From: an uncultured Holophaga sp.
Lineage (GTDB): Bacteria; Acidobacteriota; Holophagae; Holophagales; Holophagaceae
Length of the DNA stretch: 64,000 nt
Assembly (NCBI GenBank): GCA_963664825.1
Contig: OY761614.1
Coordinates: forward strand, 1,408,710 to 1,472,709
Reading direction: 5' to 3'
A model generated the notes under the pieces. The model made no database searches. It worked only from the letters and a program-made list of their open reading frames with translations, and was not told where the DNA came from. Position numbers and translations under genes: made by a program. The first letter of the stretch is position 1. The number at the start of each line of letters is the position of its first letter. This document shows positions 54,301 through 60,970 of this stretch, piece after piece.

Positions 54301-55112
54301 TCACCTACACGCTCACGGCCACCCACAAGCTGGATGCTTCCAAGTTTGCTATGGCCACCCTCACGGTGAAGGGCATGGATCTAATCGTGGATGGTGTCCT
54401 GGATCCCTTGGATCTGCTGGGATTTGCTGCAGAGTGGGGGAAGGACACCTCCAGCGCCGCCAATTTCAAGGGCAGTGGCACGGTGGATGAGACCGACCTG
54501 TCCGCCCTCCTGACCAGCTCAAGTAGGCCTGGAGAAGCTATGAACACACGCCTCATTCTCATTCCCACCCTCCTGCTGGGCGCCCTCTTGGCCTGCGGCG
54601 GAGGCGGCGGTTCATCCCCCGCAGGTCCCACCACCGCCACCAAACTCACCTATACGAACCCCACCTCTGGCGACTACCAGCTCAAGCAGAACACCACCCT
54701 CAGCACCGGCACCCACCTAGTGCTGGAGCTATGGGGGCCCGCCGCCACCAGCGGTTGCGGGATCAATGCCTCCTTCACCCTCGGCGGCAGCGGCGCCGCT
54801 TGGCGAAACGTGAATTCGACCGATGCCGCCAATACGTTCGTGGCGAAGGGCACCGCCTTCGATCTGGGAACGGGCGCACCGATCCTCAAGGCCAAGGTCA
54901 GCGGCAACACCTTGATGGCCACCATCGCCGAGAAGGGCCTCGCCTCCCCCAAGGTCCTGGACAAGCCGCTGCTCCAGGTGGCCGTGGATCTTCAGTCCGG
55001 CACCACCACCGGTACGGTGATCACCCTCACCCCCGGCGCCTCCAAGGTCCTCCTGGCCAACGGGACCCCATCTCCCATCACGGTCACGGCCTCCAGCATC
55101 ACAGCTCAATAG
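51318..55112 (+). CDS. very large secreted multidomain protein: C10 (streptopain/SpeB-like) cysteine peptidase + CarboxypepD_reg-like + Ig/BIG-like repeats. Reads through in frame into a lipoprotein module
   Basis: Track ORF 51207..55112. ATG at 51318 (GGAGAG RBS) gives the signal peptide MQFSRNRSAFTSLGLLLVASTAALAAP. C10 nucleophile block YVCGCVATAMAQLMRFHSFP and His block GDGHEIVCDGYGY. SGRVTDGSGSPVAGVAV...GIYALKGLKAG. Multiple Ig-like repeats (FTATVSG..., VTLTP...). Confidence 0.8.
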   Translation: MQFSRNRSAFTSLGLLLVASTAALAAPVNSMQVNQAVQTWLQRTPAPLRTPLGADIATIETHRDVDGQILFHEVRLAPEGFVIVAPDDLLEPIVAFSAHGVLKTDAESHLYLLLQRDLRTRLARIAPTLNGKAPHLSQTSTRATQAKWEALAGNANTVSLNTVNDVRVAPLVASKWSQSTVNDSSNGLIAYNYWTPSHYVCGCVATAMAQLMRFHSFPSTGIGVNTFTVKVKTGTTTVTKTLSTRGGDGLGGAYDWSLMSFTLNSSTPDAQRGMVGSLCYDAGLSVKMSYASDGSGAYSADVSGALKNTFKYTNAIYGSNGGSLSGSGLTEMVQPNLDAGYPVIFGISSADGDGHEIVCDGYGYASSTLYHHLNMGWSGSDDAWYNLPDIETSQGTYNVIDDCIYNVFKIGTGEILSGRVTDGSGSPVAGVAVASGAVNSTTNTNGIYALKGLKAGPQTLTATKTGLSFPTAVRVMGTSSEGGSVGNIWGVDLVQGTGATPTIFPQPLTQDVKLGGSVTFVAGATGVGPLSFQWTKNGTSVGADNPTYTLDNAADTDDQAQVVLHTNGGSGSADSTPATLNVVRLFNGDFEKGNIGWTLINPGDNSGPNANVILGPSSYAEVTPHGSSWLCIGDWSASCTDYASQEIVLPNASAIDLSFWVGIANKTKTPSSAANIFTVKILDTNDNLLTTLKTLDNTNAEVDANTKVVWKSYSADLKAYAGKTVKLRIESYQPGGSDTGTIFAVDDVALTITKGPKATLSQGPLTLITGGQASFTATVSGAASDNSVNWTTTPVGGSFNPAQTAGDGAAATLFTAGPSVGTYTVTATPVEANGTAASTAVTLVDPSTVKVTLTPSATAVKLGQDVSLTASVTPLTDTSVDWSCSPGGQGTFASTSATAASWSSNTAGTFNLTATSHGAPTRSDIKQIRVVDTSAIALVLDPAAATLLSGTSATFTASGDLGLGVNWTLTTPASKTDNGLSTLVTVPTAAPLKTVTYTLTATHKLDASKFAMATLTVKGMDLIVDGVLDPLDLLGFAAEWGKDTSSAANFKGSGTVDETDLSALLTSSSRPGEAMNTRLILIPTLLLGALLACGGGGGSSPAGPTTATKLTYTNPTSGDYQLKQNTTLSTGTHLVLELWGPAATSGCGINASFTLGGSGAAWRNVNSTDAANTFVAKGTAFDLGTGAPILKAKVSGNTLMATIAEKGLASPKVLDKPLLQVAVDLQSGTTTGTVITLTPGASKVLLANGTPSPITVTASSITAQ
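54540..55112 (+). CDS. possible independently initiated lipoprotein, in frame inside the 3' end of the protease ORF
   Basis: GGAGAA RBS 4 nt before the ATG at 54540. MNTRLILIPTLLLGALLACGGGGGSS is a complete Sec/SPII signal with a lipobox Cys. 190 aa to the shared stop. Confidence 0.45.
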   Translation: MNTRLILIPTLLLGALLACGGGGGSSPAGPTTATKLTYTNPTSGDYQLKQNTTLSTGTHLVLELWGPAATSGCGINASFTLGGSGAAWRNVNSTDAANTFVAKGTAFDLGTGAPILKAKVSGNTLMATIAEKGLASPKVLDKPLLQVAVDLQSGTTTGTVITLTPGASKVLLANGTPSPITVTASSITAQ

Positions 55113-55161
55113 TGCCGGTCGAGGCTCACGGTATGCTCAAGGCTGTAGCCTGAGGCAGCCC

Positions 55162-55572
55162 GTGACCAAGATTCTGGTGATCGACGATAGCTCGCTGATG
55201 CGGGTGTTGGTGAGGGACTACCTGGAATATGCGGGGTTCGAGGTGGAGGATTGGCTGCCCATGTCCGTCATGGAGATCCCTGAACGGATCGAGAGCTCCA
55301 AGCCGGACCTGATCCTCAGCGATTTCCGGATGCCTGGCGTCAACGGCCTCAGCCTGGCCCAGGCCGCTCAACGGGCCAATGCGGCCCTGCCCGTGGTGAT
55401 CCTCACGGCCCTTCGGGAACCCGAGACGGAAGCCCGACTGCTGAAGTTCGGCGTGAAGCGGATCCTCTACAAGCCCATCGATCAGGACACCCTGGTGCAA
55501 GCCTTGAGGGAACTGCTCCCGGAAGCCCTTCCTGATTCCGCCCCCCCGACCGGAGAAGCGCCCCATGGTTGA
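55162..55572 (+). CDS. single-domain response regulator (CheY-like receiver)
   Basis: 136 aa with a GTG start. KILVIDDSSLMR..., PDLILSDFRMPGVNG, VVILTA, YKP. Confidence 0.8.
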   Translation: MTKILVIDDSSLMRVLVRDYLEYAGFEVEDWLPMSVMEIPERIESSKPDLILSDFRMPGVNGLSLAQAAQRANAALPVVILTALREPETEARLLKFGVKRILYKPIDQDTLVQALRELLPEALPDSAPPTGEAPHG

Positions 55573-55774
55573 AGTGATCACTCCCCTGCAAATGGCCCTT
55601 CTCCAACTGGTGGCCAAGAATCCCGGGATTCGCCGGGAACGCCTCCTGGCCACCAAGGGCGCCACGGCGGCTGACCTGGCCTATCTGGAGCAGCACGACA
55701 TGATCCGGGAACGGGAAATCGATTGTTTCCGCATCTCCCATTTCGGAGAGATGGTCCTGCGGAGGGGCCTCTAG
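55565..55774 (+). CDS. small hypothetical protein, possibly winged-helix
   Basis: 69 aa, overlapping the receiver stop by 8 nt. LQMALLQLVAKNPGIRRERLL....AADLAYLEQHDMI is MarR/wHTH-like. Weak call. Confidence 0.35.
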   Translation: MVEVITPLQMALLQLVAKNPGIRRERLLATKGATAADLAYLEQHDMIREREIDCFRISHFGEMVLRRGL

Positions 55775-55783
55775 TCCGGAACC

Positions 55784-56635
55784 TCAGACCTTGGCCAGTT
55801 CCTCCAGCATCTGCTGGAATACGTTGCCCGTGACCACTCGCCGATAGTGGGCCGTGGAACGGATATCGTCGATGGGACTGAAGTCGGTCATCAGGGCCTC
55901 CCGGGCCCCTTCCAGAGGCAGGGCGGCCAGGGCACTGCCCAGGACCACAGCCTCGGCGTTCTTCGCCCGCACAGGAGTGGGCGCCACGGCGCCCAGGCCC
56001 ACACGGAATTCCATCACCACGCCGTCCTCGATCCGCGCATAGGCCGATAGGCATAGCTTGGAGATGGCCATCGCCTGGCGGGTGCCTACCTTGCGGTAGA
56101 AGTGGAAGCCACGGCCCTGGGGCTTGGGCACGCGGATCCCCGCCAGCAGCTCATCGGGGGCCAGGTCCATCCGCTTGTAACCCAGGTGGAAGGCCTCATA
56201 GGGGACCCTTCGATTCCCGCGCAGGGACACCAACTCCAGCTCCGCCCCATAGGCCAAGAGGCTGGGGGGCGTGTCCGCAGCCGGGCTGGCATTGACGATA
56301 TTGCCCCCCAGGGTGCCCCGGTTCTGGATGGCCAGGGCCCCCGTGGCCCGGGCGCTCTTCACCAGGTTGGGGAAGTGGCGATGGAGGGCAGGGCAATCCA
56401 GCATTTCGCTGAAGGTCGTCAGGGCGCCGAAATGCATCCCCGTGTCGTCCTCGGTGATGCCGCCCAGGGCCTGAATCCGGGTGAGATCCAGGAAGCGCCC
56501 AGTGTTGAAGCGCACCATCAGATCCGTGGCGCCGGCCATGGGGCGCCAGGCGCCCGGCTCGGAAGCCAGGACTTCCAAGGCCTCGGCCAGTGTGGCGGGA
56601 CTCCTCACCTCGCAATCCGGGACCTGACCCCTCAT
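55784..56635 (-). CDS. xanthine dehydrogenase-family FAD-binding (medium) subunit
   Basis: Track ORF trimmed to the ATG at 56635 (ATGA overlap with the 2Fe-2S subunit stop). AGATDLMV, GALAIQNRGTLGGNIVNASPAADT, DDIRSTAHYRR. Confidence 0.8.
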   Translation of the reverse strand: MRGQVPDCEVRSPATLAEALEVLASEPGAWRPMAGATDLMVRFNTGRFLDLTRIQALGGITEDDTGMHFGALTTFSEMLDCPALHRHFPNLVKSARATGALAIQNRGTLGGNIVNASPAADTPPSLLAYGAELELVSLRGNRRVPYEAFHLGYKRMDLAPDELLAGIRVPKPQGRGFHFYRKVGTRQAMAISKLCLSAYARIEDGVVMEFRVGLGAVAPTPVRAKNAEAVVLGSALAALPLEGAREALMTDFSPIDDIRSTAHYRRVVTGNVFQQMLEELAKV

Positions 56636-57111
56636 AGCGATTCCTCTTGGGCCGAGGCCGCCTGCACGGCCTCCACGATCTTCACGTAGCCGGTGCAGCG
56701 ACAGAGATTGCCCGCGAGAGCCTCCCGGACCTGAGTCTCCCCTGGATGGGGGCAGCGCCGCAGGAGATCTTCGGCGGCGATGAGCATACCGGGAGTGCAG
56801 AAGCCGCACTGGGTGCCGTTATGACGATGGAAGGCCTCCTGTAGCGGATGGAGCCGTTCGCCCGTGGCCAGGCCCTCCACGGTCAGGAGTTCCGCCCCTT
56901 GGGCCTGGATGGCCGGAATCAGGCAGCTGTTCACGATGCGTCCATCGAGGCTCACGGTGCAGGCGCCGCACTCCCCTTGGCCGCAGCCCTCCTTGGTGCC
57001 CGTGAGTTTGAGTTCCTCCCGGATCACGTCCAGGAGCCGCGCCATGGGGAAGACCTCCACCCCCCGGGCTTCCCCATTGACCCTGAGCTGGAGACGGATC
57101 TTCTCAGCCAT
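56632..57111 (-). CDS. xanthine dehydrogenase-family [2Fe-2S] (small) subunit
   Basis: 159 aa. GCGQGECGACTV and CGFCTPGM ... CRCTGY motifs. Confidence 0.85.
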   Translation of the reverse strand: MAEKIRLQLRVNGEARGVEVFPMARLLDVIREELKLTGTKEGCGQGECGACTVSLDGRIVNSCLIPAIQAQGAELLTVEGLATGERLHPLQEAFHRHNGTQCGFCTPGMLIAAEDLLRRCPHPGETQVREALAGNLCRCTGYVKIVEAVQAASAQEESL

Positions 57112-59407
57112 GGGCCGCCTCCACCCGCTCCAGCAGCCGCTCCGGCGTCATGGGCAGCTCGTCCAGGCGCAGCTCACCCCCCAGGGCGTTCTGGAGGGCG
57201 TTCAAAAGGGCAGGCGCGGGCCCGTCCATGGGCAGTTCGCCCAGACCCTTGCCCCCCCCTGGCCCGGCGGGGTGGGGATTTTCCAGGAAAGCCACCCGGA
57301 TCCTCGGCAGATCGACGCTGGTGGGAATGGCGTAGTTGGTCATCTGGGTATTCGCCATGCGTCCCCCCTTCCATTCCACCTTCTCCAGGAGCGCCCATCC
57401 GATGCCTTGGGTCACGCCGCCCTCGATCTGGCCCGCGGCAAGCACAGGGTTGACGACCCGGCCAACTTCCTGGATCGCCACGAAGTCCTCCACCTTCACC
57501 TCCCAGGTGACGGTATCCACGGCCACCTCGGCGGCCTGGCAGGCCCAGGCATAGGTGGGATAGGCGTCGCCTCGATGGGTCTGCTCATCCCAATGGATAT
57601 TGGGCAGAGGATGGTATTGGGTGTAGCACTTCACGGTGCCGAAGCGCGCGTGGGAGCGACGCACAGCCTCCCCGAAGGCCTCTAGACTGTAGGGCTCCCG
57701 GAGGAAGTCCTGCTGGATCAGGGCCTGTTTGAAGGCGTAGGCCGCCTCTTCCAGGAGGCGACCCACCACCATGGTGGTGCGGGAAGCCACGGTGGGACCA
57801 CTGTCGGGCACGATCTTCGTATCGGGCTGGGCCACATCCACCATCTCGATCGGAATCTGCAGCGCCTCGGCAACGATCTGGGCGAAGACCGTGTCCTTGC
57901 CCTGGCCGATCTCCGTGGAAGCCGCCAGCACGGCCACCTTTCCATCCGCCAACCCCTCGATGCCCACCACAGAGGCGAGGTCGGCCTCCCCGCCGCCCGT
58001 GAAGCCGCAACCGTGCATGAAGGCGGAGAAGCCCACGCCCCGCTTAATGGGATCGTCCCCGAGATTGCTGGCCGCAAAGCGTTTGCGCTTCTCGGCGTAC
58101 CCGATCTCCAGGAGCGCCCGGTCCATCAATCCTTCCAGGTCCAAGGACTCCCGAATGACCTGGCCCGTGGCCGTGGTATCACCCATCTTGAGGAAATTTC
58201 TGCGGCGCAACTCGGCGGGCTCGAGACCCAGGCTGGCAGCGCAGACATCCATGTGGCGTTCCAGGGCGAAGAGGCTCTGGGGCGCCCCGAAGCCCCGGAA
58301 GGCGCCGCTGGGCGGCGTGTTGGTGGCCACGGCGCGGGCCCAGATGTGCGTGTGGGGACAGCGGTAGACGCCCGACGCATGGATGGCTCCGCGGCTCAGC
58401 ACCACCGGCGAGAGCGTCGCATAGGCACCCCCATCCAGGACGAAATCGATATCCAGCGCGAGCATTCGGCCTTCCCCGTCAAAGGCCGTCTTGATCCGAG
58501 TGCGGGAGGGATGGCGCTTGGGGGTGGCCGCCATGTCTTCTTCCCGGTCGTAGATGAGCTTCACGGGCTTGCCCGCTTTCCAGGCCAGCAGCGCCGCGTG
58601 ACCCGCGATGAGCGAGGGGTATTCCTCCTTGCCGCCAAAGGCGCCCCCGGTCTCCATCTGCACGATGCGGATCTTGTCTCCGGCTAGGCCGAAGAGCTGC
58701 ATCAGGGCCTTCTGCACATAATAGGGGCACTGCATGGATCCGCAGACCGTCACTAGGTCCTCGTGATCGCCATGGGTCACGATGGCCAGCATGCCGTTGG
58801 TCTCCAGATAGAGGTGCTCCTGGGCCCCGGTGCGATACTCGCCCTCGATGATGCGGGCCGCGCCATCCCAAAGGGCATCGGGATCTCCCTTCTGGATATG
58901 GATCTCCTTGAAGAGATTGCCTTCTCCTCCCAGGAGCTCCGCCTGGTCCAGGCTGCTCTGGATATCCAGGACGGCGGGCCTTTCCTCCACCTCCAGAATC
59001 ACGGCCCGAAGAGCCTGCTCCAGCAGGTAGCGGTCCCCATGGGCCAGGAGCAGGACGGGCTCCTGGGGATGCTGGATCATGCCCCCCACTTCCACGAGGA
59101 AGGGTTGGTCCCCGGAAACCCGGTTCTCGCCAGGGATATCCTGGGCCGTGACGATGGTGAATTCCTTCCAGGGGATGCCCTCCCCGAAGCGAATGGCCTT
59201 CAGGAGGCCCCGCGGCACCTGGGAGCGCACCGTGGCTCCGTGGAGGACGCCGCGGAAGGTCTTATCGTCGGTGTAGCGGGCCCGACCGAGCACCTTGGCC
59301 CGGCCCTCTTTGCGGATGGCGGAAGTCCCGATCACGTCGGCCTCGATGAACTGTGGAAATTTGACCGATTGTGACGCGGCGGAACGCGGATGGGAAGAGC
59401 CAGCCAT
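57104..59407 (-). CDS. xanthine dehydrogenase-family molybdopterin-binding (large) subunit
   Basis: Track ORF 57104..59908 trimmed to the ATG at 59407, because the upstream part overlaps the ferredoxin gene in another frame. IGTSAIRKEGRAKVLGRARYTDD (a/b hammerhead), GGAFGGKE, GQGKDTVFAQIVAE. Confidence 0.85.
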   Translation of the reverse strand: MAGSSHPRSAASQSVKFPQFIEADVIGTSAIRKEGRAKVLGRARYTDDKTFRGVLHGATVRSQVPRGLLKAIRFGEGIPWKEFTIVTAQDIPGENRVSGDQPFLVEVGGMIQHPQEPVLLLAHGDRYLLEQALRAVILEVEERPAVLDIQSSLDQAELLGGEGNLFKEIHIQKGDPDALWDGAARIIEGEYRTGAQEHLYLETNGMLAIVTHGDHEDLVTVCGSMQCPYYVQKALMQLFGLAGDKIRIVQMETGGAFGGKEEYPSLIAGHAALLAWKAGKPVKLIYDREEDMAATPKRHPSRTRIKTAFDGEGRMLALDIDFVLDGGAYATLSPVVLSRGAIHASGVYRCPHTHIWARAVATNTPPSGAFRGFGAPQSLFALERHMDVCAASLGLEPAELRRRNFLKMGDTTATGQVIRESLDLEGLMDRALLEIGYAEKRKRFAASNLGDDPIKRGVGFSAFMHGCGFTGGGEADLASVVGIEGLADGKVAVLAASTEIGQGKDTVFAQIVAEALQIPIEMVDVAQPDTKIVPDSGPTVASRTTMVVGRLLEEAAYAFKQALIQQDFLREPYSLEAFGEAVRRSHARFGTVKCYTQYHPLPNIHWDEQTHRGDAYPTYAWACQAAEVAVDTVTWEVKVEDFVAIQEVGRVVNPVLAAGQIEGGVTQGIGWALLEKVEWKGGRMANTQMTNYAIPTSVDLPRIRVAFLENPHPAGPGGGKGLGELPMDGPAPALLNALQNALGGELRLDELPMTPERLLERVEAAHG

Positions 59408-59439
59408 CTCGCCAATCCCTGCCTTTTCTTCGCGTTCGC

Positions 59440-59473
59440 GGTGGAACCGCAAAATCAGCCTCGCGGTTCCACC
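59440..59473 (-). other. perfect 11-bp stem-loop spanning the ferredoxin stop codon
   Basis: ggtggaaccgc (59440-59450), 12-nt loop containing the TGA (59457-59455, minus strand), gcggttccacc (59463-59473). No U-tract. 33 nt upstream of the large-subunit ATG. Confidence 0.5.
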
Positions 59474-60093
59474 ACGATCGCCGATTGGGGGGTGGGGCAT
59501 CCGAATTCGCAGAGGCCGCATCCTGTGCAGATTTCGGGATCCACCAGGGGATGCGCGGGTCCGCCTGGGACCTCTGCCACCATGCGGAGGGCCTCCTCGG
59601 GATAGGGGCAGCGCTCCACGCAGATGCGGCAGATCTGAGCGGGGCGATCCTCCCGGGCCCAGGTCAGGCAGCGCTCCTCGCTGACCTGGGCCGTGCCCAT
59701 CCTTACAGCCCTGGCGCCGTTCACGGCGACGCCCTTCGAGTTGCGCTGGGGCCACACCAGGGCGCCCTCGGGACAGGCGGAAATGCAGGGCAGCTCCTCG
59801 CAGAGGAAGCAGGGCAGGGCCCGAGGCTCGATGTAGGGCGTGCCCAGCGCCAGCCGGGCGCTCCCCAGCGCCCGGAGGAGCGCTCCCTGCGGGCAGGCGC
59901 CCAGGCACCTATCGCACCTCGTACAGGCCGTCAGGAAGGCGAATTCCCCCAGGGCCCCCGGCGGGCGCAGCAACTTAGGACCCGAACCCACCACCGCCTC
60001 TTCCACCTTGTCGGCCACGAAACCCGCCATGACGGAGCCCAAGGCCTTCAGGAAGCCCAACCGGTCCTGGGGTTCGTCGAGTTTTTTAGCCAT
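59455..60093 (-). CDS. 4Fe-4S multi-cluster ferredoxin-type protein
   Basis: 212 aa. CTRCDRCLGACP, CFLCEELPCISACP, CRICVERCP, CTGCGLCEFGCP. Confidence 0.75.
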   Translation of the reverse strand: MAKKLDEPQDRLGFLKALGSVMAGFVADKVEEAVVGSGPKLLRPPGALGEFAFLTACTRCDRCLGACPQGALLRALGSARLALGTPYIEPRALPCFLCEELPCISACPEGALVWPQRNSKGVAVNGARAVRMGTAQVSEERCLTWAREDRPAQICRICVERCPYPEEALRMVAEVPGGPAHPLVDPEICTGCGLCEFGCPTPQSAIVVEPRG

Positions 60094-60097
60094 GGGC

Positions 60098-60928
60098 CTA
60101 GTTCAGCCCACCCAGTTCCAGAAGCCGCAGCACGGGCCGCAGCATGCCCCAGAGGATGGGATCGAAACCCAGGGTGAGGATGGCTGTGCGCCCATCGGGG
60201 CCCAGGGCCATGTGGGCCAGGAGATCGGAACTGACGGCCACCTCCCGGCTCGTGGGAGGCCGCTCGACCCACTCCACGCCCTCCCGGGCAGTGCGGGGTT
60301 TCAGGGTCTTCCCCTCCTCCGCCCGCAGATGCAGGATGAGCAGATCCCCATGAAAGACCGGCACGCGGACTTCGATCAGGGCTCCCCGGGGCGCCTGGGG
60401 CACGACTTCGAAAGCGGCGCGGTATCCCAGCGACTCCGTATCAGGATCATCGCCCTTGAGGACAGCCACTGTCTGCTGGCTGAGCCCTTCCAGGCCTTGA
60501 TCCCCCAGGGAGGCCACCGAACGCAGATGGGTGCCGGAGATATCACCCAGGCCCTCCACCAACCCCGGCAGGAGCGTGAGGACCATCTCCAGGGCCGGGC
60601 GCCCTCGCAGAATGCGGTGCGCCTCGGGCCAGATGCCGGTCAGGGGCATGGGTTCGACGGCGGGATCCGGTTCTTCCCGCAGATCCAGCACGCGCCCCGG
60701 GAAGAGCACCACCATCTCCGGGTCCAGGGGCGTCGCCGCCAGGATCACCAGGTCCAGGCCTTCCAGCAGCGCAGGGGAAGGGGCAAATACCACCAGATCT
60801 CCGACCTCCTGGGCCACGGTGAGAGGCCCCATGGAGAGGGGGAGCACGGAGCATTCCTGGGCCTCCAGGACCTGCACCAATTCACGACCCAATACCGTCT
60901 GGGCACCGATGACTGCGACTTTCAACAT
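60098..60928 (-). CDS. aspartate-semialdehyde dehydrogenase-like protein lacking the catalytic Cys
   Basis: ATG at 60928 (AAAGGTGG RBS; track start is GTG 60937). MLKVAVIGAQTVLGRELVQVL resembles an NAD(P)-binding N-terminus. RVPVFHGDLLILHLRAE resembles the Asd dimerisation-domain block. The protein has a single Cys, which is not at the active-site position. Confidence 0.4.
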   Translation of the reverse strand: MLKVAVIGAQTVLGRELVQVLEAQECSVLPLSMGPLTVAQEVGDLVVFAPSPALLEGLDLVILAATPLDPEMVVLFPGRVLDLREEPDPAVEPMPLTGIWPEAHRILRGRPALEMVLTLLPGLVEGLGDISGTHLRSVASLGDQGLEGLSQQTVAVLKGDDPDTESLGYRAAFEVVPQAPRGALIEVRVPVFHGDLLILHLRAEEGKTLKPRTAREGVEWVERPPTSREVAVSSDLLAHMALGPDGRTAILTLGFDPILWGMLRPVLRLLELGGLN

Positions 60929-60970
60929 GGGGACCACCTTTCATTCCTGCGTTTCATTCGTGGGTTGGAT

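Noticed and set aside
57104-59908. N-terminal 167 codons of the 934-aa Mo-subunit ORF
   Set aside because: This extension (PGRLPAGSAPPGAGERPAG...) overlaps the motif-rich 4Fe-4S ferredoxin gene in another frame and is Arg/Pro/Gly junk. The ATG at 59407 gives a normal large-subunit N-terminus.
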